Assembly (NCBI GenBank): GCA_965261345.1
Contig: OZ253449.1
Location: 960,001 to 1,024,000, forward strand
Direction: 5' to 3'
DNA length: 64,000 nt
DNA from: Chloroflexota bacterium
GTDB taxonomy: Bacteria; Chloroflexota; UBA11872; VXNJ01
Below, piece by piece: positions 52,780-62,086 of the stretch. Under the pieces are notes generated by a model. The model saw only the letters and a program-made list of their open reading frames with translations. It was not told where the DNA came from and ran no database searches. The first letter of the stretch is position 1; the number at the start of each line of letters is the position of its first letter. A program made the position numbers and the translations under genes.

Positions 52780-53310
52780 ATGGAGAACCCACGAATGCCA
52801 TCTGTCAACATTCGTCCGGGCAGCGCGGGCGGTGCGCTTGGGTTGAGCGCTTTTGCGCTCGTGGTCGCGCTGATCGCGCTGGTGGTCTCCATCCTCGCTC
52901 TCACGCAACCGCCTCAGCCTGTGGATGCCAGTTCTGGGTCGGCCGAATACGCAAAGGTTTTCATCGACCGGGCGATTGGGTACTACGATGCCAACGGGCG
53001 CGATGCCACTATCGACTACTACAACTCCCTAGATAGCGTCAATGGCCAGTGGTACGTTTTCATCATTGACGAAAACGACATTATGATCGCCCACCCCTTG
53101 CGCAAGGACCGCATTGGCACCACTAAAGCCGACCGAATAGATTCAACCGGGTACGACTATGGCACCGAAATGGCTGCCACCACCGATGAAGGTCAGTGGG
53201 TCAGCTACAACTTCAAAAATCCGGCCACCGGTATCGACGGCCTAAAACACACATGGCTCAAACGCCATGGCGGTTTGCTTTTCGGGTCAGGCTGGTGGGA
53301 GAGCGGCTAA
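52780..53310 (+). CDS. Membrane-anchored single Cache domain protein
   Basis: TM helix then WYVFIID, IAHP, QWVSY.FKNPATG...KHTW, FGSGW. Confidence 0.8.
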   Translation: MENPRMPSVNIRPGSAGGALGLSAFALVVALIALVVSILALTQPPQPVDASSGSAEYAKVFIDRAIGYYDANGRDATIDYYNSLDSVNGQWYVFIIDENDIMIAHPLRKDRIGTTKADRIDSTGYDYGTEMAATTDEGQWVSYNFKNPATGIDGLKHTWLKRHGGLLFGSGWWESG

Positions 53311-53550
53311 ACACCCTCGGCCCCTAAATACCGGAGCTCCGCGCAGTTTTGGTGGCCCAATCTGCAAATGCAGTCATCTGCCCGAACGCCGTGGGTTCTC
53401 TGGGTGCTGCGGCCTGCATTTGAAGGTTCCAAGGACTTTTGTCATATCGATTCGAGTTCGGGCCGGTACCGCGTTCCCAATCCGGGCGCATGCTCGCCGG
53501 CTGGCTTGCAACACGCCAGGCCGACGGCACCCGTCCATGGACCGCGAGTC

Positions 53551-53958
53551 TTATTTGCTCGCGAACTGCCACCAGTGGCAACCGGTTACGCCCACCACGA
53601 TCGGCAACAGGGTATCTACGAATACCCAGACGAGGCCGTCGGGCTCGGTGTTCGGTGATAGGTTTGAGAACCAGTTGTAAAAGAACGTCAAAAACAGGAT
53701 TGCCGAAGCGTAGAAGAGCAAATTTGCACTCCAGTACTTCGTGGCCGCAGTCGAGTCGGCGTCAAATTGCCGGATCGCCAAGTAATTGGACGCGATGGTA
53801 ATCACCAAGGCCACCGCCATGAACCAGTTGAGGACTTCCCAAACCGCAAATGGTTCGTCGCCGCCTGGGTGGTACAAAGGGGTGGCAATGAAATTGATGG
53901 CGACCACGGCCGCCACAACTACCAGATATATCGCTATCAGCCTGCTAACAATTGCCAC
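53551..53958 (-). CDS. Four-TM hypothetical membrane protein
   Basis: GTG start with AAGGGG SD; four hydrophobic segments. Confidence 0.7.
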   Translation of the reverse strand: MAIVSRLIAIYLVVVAAVVAINFIATPLYHPGGDEPFAVWEVLNWFMAVALVITIASNYLAIRQFDADSTAATKYWSANLLFYASAILFLTFFYNWFSNLSPNTEPDGLVWVFVDTLLPIVVGVTGCHWWQFASK

Positions 53959-54342
53959 TTCTAACCCCTTATCCCCAAGGCGAACTACCAAACGGTGACG
54001 AAGAATGCAGCGATGTACGGATGCCGCATCGACCATGTATTCGGCAATGATAATCCGCATCCAGTGCAAGGCCTGCAGGCCGGCTGGATTCGCTCGAGAC
54101 GACTTGTATCTTGAACCTAAACTCGCTGCGGCAGATTACGCCCTCAAACAATGCCTGTTAAAAATCCGCCCATCGATTTCTGATCCAAAATTCGACCCGG
54201 TCGCCGGTTCGGCCCAGTTTTCGACCAGGATCCGCCGATCAAATTTGTCAACTCAACATCCCGACTCGGCAAGTTTCCTACCTGAACTCGAAATTCCCGT
54301 CGCGAAGTCGGTCATCGATCGGGCAGCCCGATCAATTCGATC

Positions 54343-55083
54343 GTGAACCGGAGGCAGGCGTTCTCGCGGCGCCCTGGGGCAACCCCAAAATGGGCACGCC
54401 CGCGATCGGTGGTGGTGAATATTTCGATTCTGCTGGCCTTGGCCTTCGGTTCCTGTGCGCCCACTCTCTCCGAGGTTGACGTGGCGGTGAAGGTGGACTC
54501 GGAGAAAACTGCAGCGCCGGTCGCGGTGGCAGAGCCATCCGGTCCACCAGCGTCGGCCGGGCCTGCGACCGCCGATTCAATTGACCCTGAAGTTGCATCA
54601 TCCATCAACATCAACCAGGATGTTGCCGATCGCTCGCTAATTCAACTAATCGATCCACTGGACGAACCAGAGTTCTACTGCGTTGACGTGCCCGGATTCG
54701 GCTCGAACCTGCATCTGGGTGCGGCCCTAATGGCGCACACCTGCAAACCCGGGGCTGACGATGAAATATTTGCGGTCAACCAGCCACACGCCGGCAACCT
54801 GTATATGCCCGCCTATGACCGCTGCCTCCAGGCCGATTCGACGCATGATCCCGTCAACATCTACCTTAGGGCCTGCTCCGGCGATTCACTTCAACGCTTT
54901 ACCCTCACCCCTGCCGGGGCGATTCGATTGACTGTCCACGATCTTTGCCTAGCGCTTTCGCCCGGTGACGGAGAGCCTACCGGCGGCCCCAGCCACCTGC
55001 GTCGCGGGCTGGCTCTGCAGCATTGTGGAGAAGCTGACCCCTCCCTAGCGCGTTGGAAATTTCCCGGTCCGGAGCCCAATTGA
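54343..55083 (+). CDS. Putative lipoprotein with ricin-B-lectin-like domain
   Basis: LAFGSC lipobox-like motif; CVDV, CLQA..C...QRF, CLAL Cys repeats; start uncertain. Confidence 0.65.
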   Translation: MNRRQAFSRRPGATPKWARPRSVVVNISILLALAFGSCAPTLSEVDVAVKVDSEKTAAPVAVAEPSGPPASAGPATADSIDPEVASSININQDVADRSLIQLIDPLDEPEFYCVDVPGFGSNLHLGAALMAHTCKPGADDEIFAVNQPHAGNLYMPAYDRCLQADSTHDPVNIYLRACSGDSLQRFTLTPAGAIRLTVHDLCLALSPGDGEPTGGPSHLRRGLALQHCGEADPSLARWKFPGPEPN

Positions 55084-55812
55084 CTTTTCGTCGGCCGGCT
55101 CGAACTGCTCGGTCAATTTCACCGTCGATGAGAAATAGGCGAGCGGGGCTGAAAAGCTCTGCTGTATCGTGGTCGGGATTCTCAGATTAGATCTCGCTTC
55201 AAATCAACAATCGATTCCGCACGGTTAAATCGCGTCGGTCAGAAGAGTGCTCTTGGTCCATTACCTTGCGATCAGCTATCGGGATGCAATCTTTGGCAAT
55301 GATTGGGCCAAAGTTGGCGATCCAATGCCGTCCACCGAGTGCCCAGTACCGCTTTTTGGCGGAAAGGGGCCCCGGTCCGGTATCCCGCAATGGGGTCGCC
55401 GCGCCGCGGCCGTCCACCACGGTGCCAGCCCTGGTTCGTTCAATCAGCATCAGCTTGGAGGGCCAGCCGGAATAGAAAATCCCGAGCGTTGGCGCAGTGT
55501 TTTCAGCGGCGTCGCATCACCGGTTGACACTATTTTCGATCGAGGCGAATCCTCACAAACGGCCCGCTCGATGGCCATCCACCGCACGGACCGCGTGATC
55601 GTTTCATGCTCCGGAGCCGTGCCGGCCCTGCGCCGGCGGATTGGCCTCTCCGCTGTGCTGACTGGGGCCAAATTCTGGGCCAGGGGACGCCAAGAAGTCA
55701 ACCAACCCGCACCGCCATGTTTAAAGCGGCATGGAGACGGGACCATTGGCACTCGCGGTCGCAGGCGTTTGTTGAATCTGCAGTTAACGGAAGGTTGGCC
55801 AAGTGCGAAAGG

Positions 55813-57078
55813 TCAAGAATCGTTTGCAATGCTCCATAGCACGTCGGTTAGGACACGCGCGCCGGCGATCAGATGGTCAGGTTCGACCCATTCGGATTCG
55901 TTGTGGCTTATTCCGCCACGGCACGGCACAAAAATCATGCCGCTGTCGCACTGATAGTGGAGTTGTCGCGCGTCGTGACCCGCAGCGGAATAGACGTCAC
56001 ACCATCCGAGGCCCAGGCGCTCTGCAGCATCGCCGATACGCTGGCGCACCCGGGAGGGAAAGTCGAGCGAAGGGGCGCCGGCAATTTCGCGCACATCAAG
56101 TGCGCACGGCCCCTTCTCACGCGCGCAGCAGCTGGTGATGGCGTTACCAAGATCGGCGAGAACCTTATTGTCCGGATGGCGCAAATCGATGGAGAAGTAG
56201 GCTTGCTCCGGTACCACGGACGGAGCGTTGGGACTTACACGAAGCAAGCCGACGGTAAACATCACATCATCAGGTTCGGCCGTCAGGCCGGCCAGCGCGT
56301 TGATCATGCGCGCCGCCGCAAGAACCGCATCTTTGCGCACTGCGCGCGGCGTCGTACCGGCGTGAGAAGCTTCACCGGTTACGGTGACCCGGAATCGTCG
56401 ACTTCCCTGTATTCCAGATACGACCCCGATTGGCAGTCCGTCCCGTTCGAGGATCGGCCCCTGTTCGATGTGGGCCTCGATGAAGACGTGAACCGGAAAT
56501 CCGAGCGGTCCGGATGCGACTCCGGCATCGGCCGCCAGTGCGCGCGCAACCGCGTCCCGTACGACGACGCCGTTTGCGTCGGCCACGGCGAGGATATCGT
56601 CCAATGGGCGTTGGCCGGTAAAGGCCTCCGACCCCATCATGCCCGGGGAGAACCGGGAACCTTCCTCGTTCATCCAGACCACAACCTCGATCGATCGCCG
56701 CGGCCGCTCTCCGCATGCCGCCACTGCCGTGACCGCCTCGAGCGCCGCCAGCACACCGAAGGAACCGTCGAACTTGCCGCCGGTCGGTTGCGAATCGATG
56801 TGCGACCCGGAAAGCACCGGCGGGGCGCCGGCATCCCGGCCTTCCAGACGAAAGAACAGATTGGCAAGCGAGTCGTGGCGGGCTGTCAGACCCGCAGCTT
56901 TGGCCCAGGCCACGAGCGTTGCGCGTGCTGCGATTTCCTCGTCCGAGAATGCCTGGCGGTTTACACCGCCCGCCGGTGTCGCACCATACTCGGCCAGCTT
57001 CAGGTGGCGATCCCATAGGCGCTGTGGGTCGACGTGACGCGAAGGCAGATCCGCCGAACGGAAACCCGCCTGGATCAT
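55813..57078 (-). CDS. Zn-dependent M20 amidohydrolase (N-carbamoylase/allantoate amidohydrolase-like)
   Basis: GSHIDSQPTGGKFDG, NEEGSRF, EAHIEQG, AGHDA, GISH. Confidence 0.93.
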   Translation of the reverse strand: MIQAGFRSADLPSRHVDPQRLWDRHLKLAEYGATPAGGVNRQAFSDEEIAARATLVAWAKAAGLTARHDSLANLFFRLEGRDAGAPPVLSGSHIDSQPTGGKFDGSFGVLAALEAVTAVAACGERPRRSIEVVVWMNEEGSRFSPGMMGSEAFTGQRPLDDILAVADANGVVVRDAVARALAADAGVASGPLGFPVHVFIEAHIEQGPILERDGLPIGVVSGIQGSRRFRVTVTGEASHAGTTPRAVRKDAVLAAARMINALAGLTAEPDDVMFTVGLLRVSPNAPSVVPEQAYFSIDLRHPDNKVLADLGNAITSCCAREKGPCALDVREIAGAPSLDFPSRVRQRIGDAAERLGLGWCDVYSAAGHDARQLHYQCDSGMIFVPCRGGISHNESEWVEPDHLIAGARVLTDVLWSIANDS

Positions 57079-57953
57079 GTCGTTCTCATGATTTGACCGG
57101 GATCGGCGCGCGGATCTCGGTCGCCCCAGCGACCCAACTCGATCGACGCCCAGAAATCTGCAAGCAGCTTGTTGAAGAACTCTGGCTCCTCGAGATTGAT
57201 GGTGTGACCGCATCTGGGCAAGACTGCGAGTCCGGACGCAGAAATCGTGCGTTTTAGAAAAATACCCGGCTGCAGACAGTGATCATCCTCGTCGCCACTA
57301 ATGATGAGGGTTGGAGCCGAGATCGCTTTGAGCTCGTTTTCGAGGTCGTACAGCGAAGGCCGCCGGGCCTGAACTCCGCGCATGGTGTTGGCCGCCCCTT
57401 GCTCCGAATGCCTGGCCAACCGCTCAGCGAAAATGCGCCAGCCCCGAGGATCTTTTCGCTGGAATTGCACCCGTGACGCCCCCTCAGCATAGATGGGGGC
57501 AAATTCGACCGCGCCATTTTCAAATCCGTTTGCAACCTGCTCCGAGACGTCTCGGAAGTAGTTCTCGAATGCTTTCTCGGCACCGTAGCCAGTTCCGGCC
57601 ACGGCCAGCGAGCGCACCTTTTCGGGCTGGCGCATAGCCGCATGCAAAACGGCAAAGCCACCCATGGAATGGCCAACTAGATGCGCTGAGTCGATTCCGG
57701 CTGCTTGCATGACCGCAAAGATATCGTCGGCCGCACGGGCCTGGGAGTAAGCCTTCACATCCTCGGGGACATCGGAGGGTGGATATCCGCGAGCCGCGAA
57801 GGTGATGCATCGATAGCGGCGACTAAAAGCGGCGATTTGCGGCTCCCAGCTCCAAAAGCTGCCGGCAAATTCGTGCACGAAAAGCACCGCTGCACCTTCG
57901 CCCGCAGCTTCGTAGTAAAGCTGGATTCCGTCATCAGTTTTCGCAAACGGCAT
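57075..57953 (-). CDS. Alpha/beta hydrolase
   Basis: VHEFAG, GHSMG, GDED, GHTINLEEP. Confidence 0.9.
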   Translation of the reverse strand: MPFAKTDDGIQLYYEAAGEGAAVLFVHEFAGSFWSWEPQIAAFSRRYRCITFAARGYPPSDVPEDVKAYSQARAADDIFAVMQAAGIDSAHLVGHSMGGFAVLHAAMRQPEKVRSLAVAGTGYGAEKAFENYFRDVSEQVANGFENGAVEFAPIYAEGASRVQFQRKDPRGWRIFAERLARHSEQGAANTMRGVQARRPSLYDLENELKAISAPTLIISGDEDDHCLQPGIFLKRTISASGLAVLPRCGHTINLEEPEFFNKLLADFWASIELGRWGDRDPRADPGQIMRTT

Positions 57954-57963
57954 GGTGAAGTTC

Positions 57964-58752
57964 CTAAATGATCGAATTGCGCGAGCTGATTCCGCCATCC
58001 ACCGTCACGACCGTCCCAGACGTGTAGCCGGAGCGATCCGACGCGAGGAAGACGATCAAATCAACGACCTCGCGTACGGTGGCCGGTCGTCCGAGCGGAT
58101 AGTTTTGAAGAAGCTCAGGATATCTTTCCTCGTCACCGAAAAGGTCTAAGGCACGGCGCCTGAGCAGCTTGAAGATACGGTCCGTATCGACAGGTCCCGG
58201 ATTTACACCCACAACCCGAATCCCGTCATCGATGCTCCGCCCACCGATCGCGCGGGTGAACGCCATAAGGCTTGCATTGCCGGTAGTTCCGGCGACGTAA
58301 GCAGCATCGTAGATCTGGCCCGCGTTGCCAATGTTGTTGACAATCACGCCGGCGCCACGTTCACGCATGATCGGATAGATCCTGCGGGTGAGGTTGATAT
58401 AACCGAAAACCTTCAGATCCCAGCCATCGCGCCATGCCGCATCGTCGACGGAATCCAAGCTACCGCCCGGAATACTGCCGGCGTTGTTGACCAATATGTG
58501 AACGTAGCCAACGTCAGCAACAAGTTGGTCAATTGCGCCGGTTCCAGTCAGATCGACTGGGTAAATCTCCGCGGCGATGCCAAACCTTTTGGCGAGCCTC
58601 TTTTGCACATCCTTGAGGCGCTTCTCGTTGCGCGCCACAAGATGGAGGTTGACACCTTCCTCTGCAAAGGCTTCTGCAAGCCCTTCGCCGATGCCTTGCG
58701 ACGCCCCAGTGATGAGCGCCCATTTCCCTGACAGATGAAGATCCAATATCAT
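57964..58752 (-). CDS. Short-chain dehydrogenase/reductase (atypical active site)
   Basis: TGASQGIG, NNAG, VNPG, VDGG; YVAGTTGN instead of YxxxK. Confidence 0.9.
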   Translation of the reverse strand: MILDLHLSGKWALITGASQGIGEGLAEAFAEEGVNLHLVARNEKRLKDVQKRLAKRFGIAAEIYPVDLTGTGAIDQLVADVGYVHILVNNAGSIPGGSLDSVDDAAWRDGWDLKVFGYINLTRRIYPIMRERGAGVIVNNIGNAGQIYDAAYVAGTTGNASLMAFTRAIGGRSIDDGIRVVGVNPGPVDTDRIFKLLRRRALDLFGDEERYPELLQNYPLGRPATVREVVDLIVFLASDRSGYTSGTVVTVDGGISSRNSII

Positions 58753-58921
58753 CCCCTTTTCTGTTTTGCCGGTCCGGTTGTCCCTCGTTAGAACAACACG
58801 CCCGCAGCATCCTGGCTGCGGCATTGTTGAACTGCCTCATCCAGCTGGTCGCAAAAATCTGCCATCCAGCTGCTGGGAACCGTTGTGCTTACCTTTATGA
58901 ACCGCCCGCCGACGCGCGCAG
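58677..58921. repeat. 245-bp direct repeat, copy 1
   Basis: Matches 59264-59508 by eye (CAAGCCCTTC...GCGCGCAG). Confidence 0.93.
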
Positions 58922-59263
58922 CTCCGCGACGAGCTCCTGGACCGCGAGATATTCTTCACCCTCGAAGAAGCCAGGGTGATGCTGGAGCGCTTCCGGATCG
59001 ACTACAACACCGTGCGCCCGCACTCGGCGCTCGGCTACCTGGCGCCCCTGGAAGCGATCGAGGCGGCGGCGTGATGGATCAACTTCCGGTTGCAATCCGG
59101 CTGCTGCTGGCCGGCCTCATCGACGGCCCGGCGTCCGTCTTCGTGGGTGCTACGGGCGGCCGCAATATCAGCTTCGCCGCCAGCTCTCCTGCAGGAGAGC
59201 TGGCGGCACCCTCCCACAAGACAATGTCTCAAACCACCTGGTACCAAAACCGGGGACCTGCCA
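58922..59263 (+). mobile_element. 3' fragment of an IS3-family element
   Basis: LRDELLDREIFFTLEEAR...YNTVRPHSALGY (stop at 59074); right end TGGTACCAAAACCGGGGACCTGCCA ending in CA. Confidence 0.88.
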
Positions 59264-59508
59264 CAAGCCCTTCGCCGATGCCTTGCGACGCCCCAGTGAT
59301 GAGCGCCCATTTCCCTGACAGATGAAGATCCAATATCATCCCCTTTTCTGTTTTGCCGGTCCGGTTGTCCCTCGTTAGAACAACACGCCCGCAGCATCCT
59401 GGCTGCGGCATTGTTGAACTGCCTCATCCAGCTGGTCGCAAAAATCTGCCATCCAGCTGCTGGGAACCGTTGTGCTTACCTTTATGAACCGCCCGCCGAC
59501 GCGCGCAG
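59264..59508. repeat. 245-bp direct repeat, copy 2
   Basis: Matches 58677-58921; holds a truncated SDR 5' end and the aminotransferase 3' end. Confidence 0.93.
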
Positions 59509-60553
59509 TGTGATAACTCCCTTGACGAATTAGTATGTTGCGTTCAAGGTAGTACTCACAGAGACGTTCGGGCACGACCGATGCTCCGCTAACGTCGATG
59601 GCAACGAAGTTCCCGTTCGACGGATAAACGACGACTTCAAGGCCCGGAATGGCATCGGTCGCGGCCTTGATGGATGCCTGGTTGACAAGCTGGGCCTGCT
59701 GAACAGCGGGGAACCACTCCGACTTGTGATCCAACCCCGCAAGGGCGGCGCGTTGCGCCAACACCGATGTTCCCAAATTGTTGGGCGGAGCCGCCGCCAG
59801 CTGTCCGATCAGCTTTGGCGCTGCCACCAGAGCGCCAAGCCTCAGACCCGCTATCCCAAGCCATTTTGAAAAACTGTAAGTGGTTATCGTGCCCTCGGGG
59901 TAATACGGCGCGGCGAGCGTATGTTCCCGAGCAAAATGGCAATATGTGCAGTCGTGGATCAGCGTTATGCCGGCCGCGCGAGCCAATCTGGCAATCTCGA
60001 CAATTTCCGCGTGAGTCTGTACCGAACCGAGCGGATTGCTCGGATCAACTAGATATAGCAGTCTGGTCCGAGATGTGATCGCCTCGCGGAGTTGATCGGG
60101 ACGAAGCCGAAAGCCGGCAGCTTTGTCATAGATGGGGAGCTCTATGACCCGGGCGCCACCACTGGTCGCAAACCGCCGCGGCCACAACCAGCCCGGATCG
60201 GACACAAGGATCTCCTCGCCCGGCCCGATGAGGGTTCGGCAGGCATGGTAGAGGCCTTCAATTGCACCGTCGGTGACCAAAACCGAAAAAGTCGCATCCA
60301 GGCCAAGATCGCGCAAGATTGCCCGGCGCAACGCCTCAAAGCCGAGTGGCGGGGCGTATACATGGATTTCGCCGGAATCGATACTCTCGATCATGGCCGC
60401 GCGAACAGCCGGATGAGGCCTGGCATGGTTGGTGTTTTGCCCAAGCCACTTCAATCCATTCCGTGCGAACAATCCATCGAAATGAAGATTGCGCTGCTCG
60501 ATCAGGGTGTCTTCCGACGAATTTGGTTTGGACACGCCAACCGATCGATTCAT
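59375..60553 (-). CDS. PLP-dependent class I/II aminotransferase
   Basis: PSNPLG, HDCTY, SFSKWLGIAGLRLG. Confidence 0.9.
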   Translation of the reverse strand: MNRSVGVSKPNSSEDTLIEQRNLHFDGLFARNGLKWLGQNTNHARPHPAVRAAMIESIDSGEIHVYAPPLGFEALRRAILRDLGLDATFSVLVTDGAIEGLYHACRTLIGPGEEILVSDPGWLWPRRFATSGGARVIELPIYDKAAGFRLRPDQLREAITSRTRLLYLVDPSNPLGSVQTHAEIVEIARLARAAGITLIHDCTYCHFAREHTLAAPYYPEGTITTYSFSKWLGIAGLRLGALVAAPKLIGQLAAAPPNNLGTSVLAQRAALAGLDHKSEWFPAVQQAQLVNQASIKAATDAIPGLEVVVYPSNGNFVAIDVSGASVVPERLCEYYLERNILIRQGSYHTARVGGRFIKVSTTVPSSWMADFCDQLDEAVQQCRSQDAAGVLF

Positions 60554-60560
60554 CTAGTTC

Positions 60561-60608
60561 GCATACAAAATACGAGATCTTGTATGCAATATTGTATTAA
60601 TTGCATGC
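60561..60608. promoter_or_regulatory. Putative GntR operator in the divergent promoter
   Basis: Inverted repeat GCATACAA (60561) / TTGTATGC (60580) plus TTGTAT and TTGCAT boxes in AT-rich DNA. Confidence 0.6.
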
Positions 60609-60671
60609 TTAGATCAAGATTGTTGTGCCCCGTGCAGACGATATGCAGGGTAAATGATTTGTGATTTGTCA

Positions 60672-61397
60672 ATGAGTAATCTGATTCGCGTCGATGACGA
60701 GTTTCCGGCCGAGAGTTCGCCAATTGATGGGCGAGGGGGCATTCAGCGGGCCGCAACTCTTGCACATCAATTACGCAACGAGCTCGAATCGGACATTCTG
60801 GAAGGACGGCTCAAACCCGGTACCCGCCTGGACGAAGCCGGTTTGTCCCGACGCTTTCAGGTTTCGCGCACCCCGGTCCGCGAAGCCCTCAAGGAGTTGG
60901 CCTCATCCGGGCTGATCAAAAATCGGCCAAGGCAGGGAGCCATCGTTTCCACCCTAACGGTGAGCGAGATCATAGAACTCTATGAGGTAATGGCGGAAAT
61001 CGAGGCCTTCGCCGCCCGACTCGCCGCGCGGCGAATGACCGACAAAGACAGAGAGTCGATCACGGAAGCGCACCTAGTCTGTCGCGCCGCCGCTGTGGAA
61101 GGGGACGCGGAGACGTTTTTCAGGCTCAATCAAGCTTTTCACCGGACAGTCCACCTTGCAAGCCACAATTCAATCCTTGCCAAAGAGGCCATTGCGCTCA
61201 ATCTTCGGCTGCTGCCCTATCGTCGTTTCATCACGTTTCGCCCGGGTCGCATCGCCGAATCGATCGGCGAACACGACGGCATCTTGGACGCATTGTTGCG
61301 CCGCGACGAAGAAGAAGTTTGCCGACGCATGCGCGATCACCTTCAGATCTTGGCCGACGACACCCTCATGCTCGCGAGCGTGCAACCGCAAGCGTAA
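60672..61397 (+). CDS. GntR family (FCD) regulator
   Basis: VSRTPVREAL; FCD motifs N..FH and EH..I. Confidence 0.93.
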   Translation: MSNLIRVDDEFPAESSPIDGRGGIQRAATLAHQLRNELESDILEGRLKPGTRLDEAGLSRRFQVSRTPVREALKELASSGLIKNRPRQGAIVSTLTVSEIIELYEVMAEIEAFAARLAARRMTDKDRESITEAHLVCRAAAVEGDAETFFRLNQAFHRTVHLASHNSILAKEAIALNLRLLPYRRFITFRPGRIAESIGEHDGILDALLRRDEEEVCRRMRDHLQILADDTLMLASVQPQA

Positions 61398-62086
61398 TGC
61401 CAACCACCGGTGAATTCGAACCAAGAGGATTGATGCGAGTCGCTTAGGTATCTCGCGTAACGAGAGCGCCGATGTGGCAGAGGAATTGCACCACCGGTGC
61501 TTTCTGGCCCATTCAAGCGGCCGTAGGATGCGGCGATGAGGCAGGATACGACGACGGTCTGCCCCGGTAGGAGCGCGACCGCGCTTAAGGCCATTGACCA
61601 ACCTCGCCGGATCAGCGAAAACAGCTCGTCGGCATTCGTTTACGCGATCGCGCAAACCGACTCGAAGCCAAAGGGGCAGGTCACCGCGGGTTCGCCAGTT
61701 CACCCCCGGACCGCTGCGCAAGATCGAGCTGTGGCACCAGAACTGCAAGCAGTAAAACGTCTCAAAACGGTCAACTTTTGGCGATTTAAGAATCGGCGCG
61801 GCGCTCCCGCAAAGGTTTGACCCGCCATCGCCGTATCCAGGGCCTCGGCTATCCCGCCTTCGCCATCATCTACTACGATTTCGACCACGCAAGTATTGGG
61901 TGCAGGAGAAAGGCCGGGCGACCGGCCATTCGCAAACCTCACTTAGCGCGCAAGGAGCCCGCGCATCAATGTCAATCTGATTGATTAAGGGCTTCCGATT
62001 GAAAAACTAGCGCGCAGGTCCAATTAATCGGTACGACGTTCACAATTGGGGAACGATTGGCCGCACATATTAGGGAATAGAGCCAA

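Noticed and set aside
55084-55812. ORFs 55247-55954 and 55199-55450 (GTVVDG)
   Set aside because: No sustained family similarity; possibly gene debris
49589-62086. tRNA-integrated genomic island
   Set aside because: No integrase and no duplicate of the tRNA 3' end seen; the short AAGGTTTGACCC match (near 49183 and 61812) is likely chance
61398-62086. Short ORFs after gntR
   Set aside because: No supportable homology
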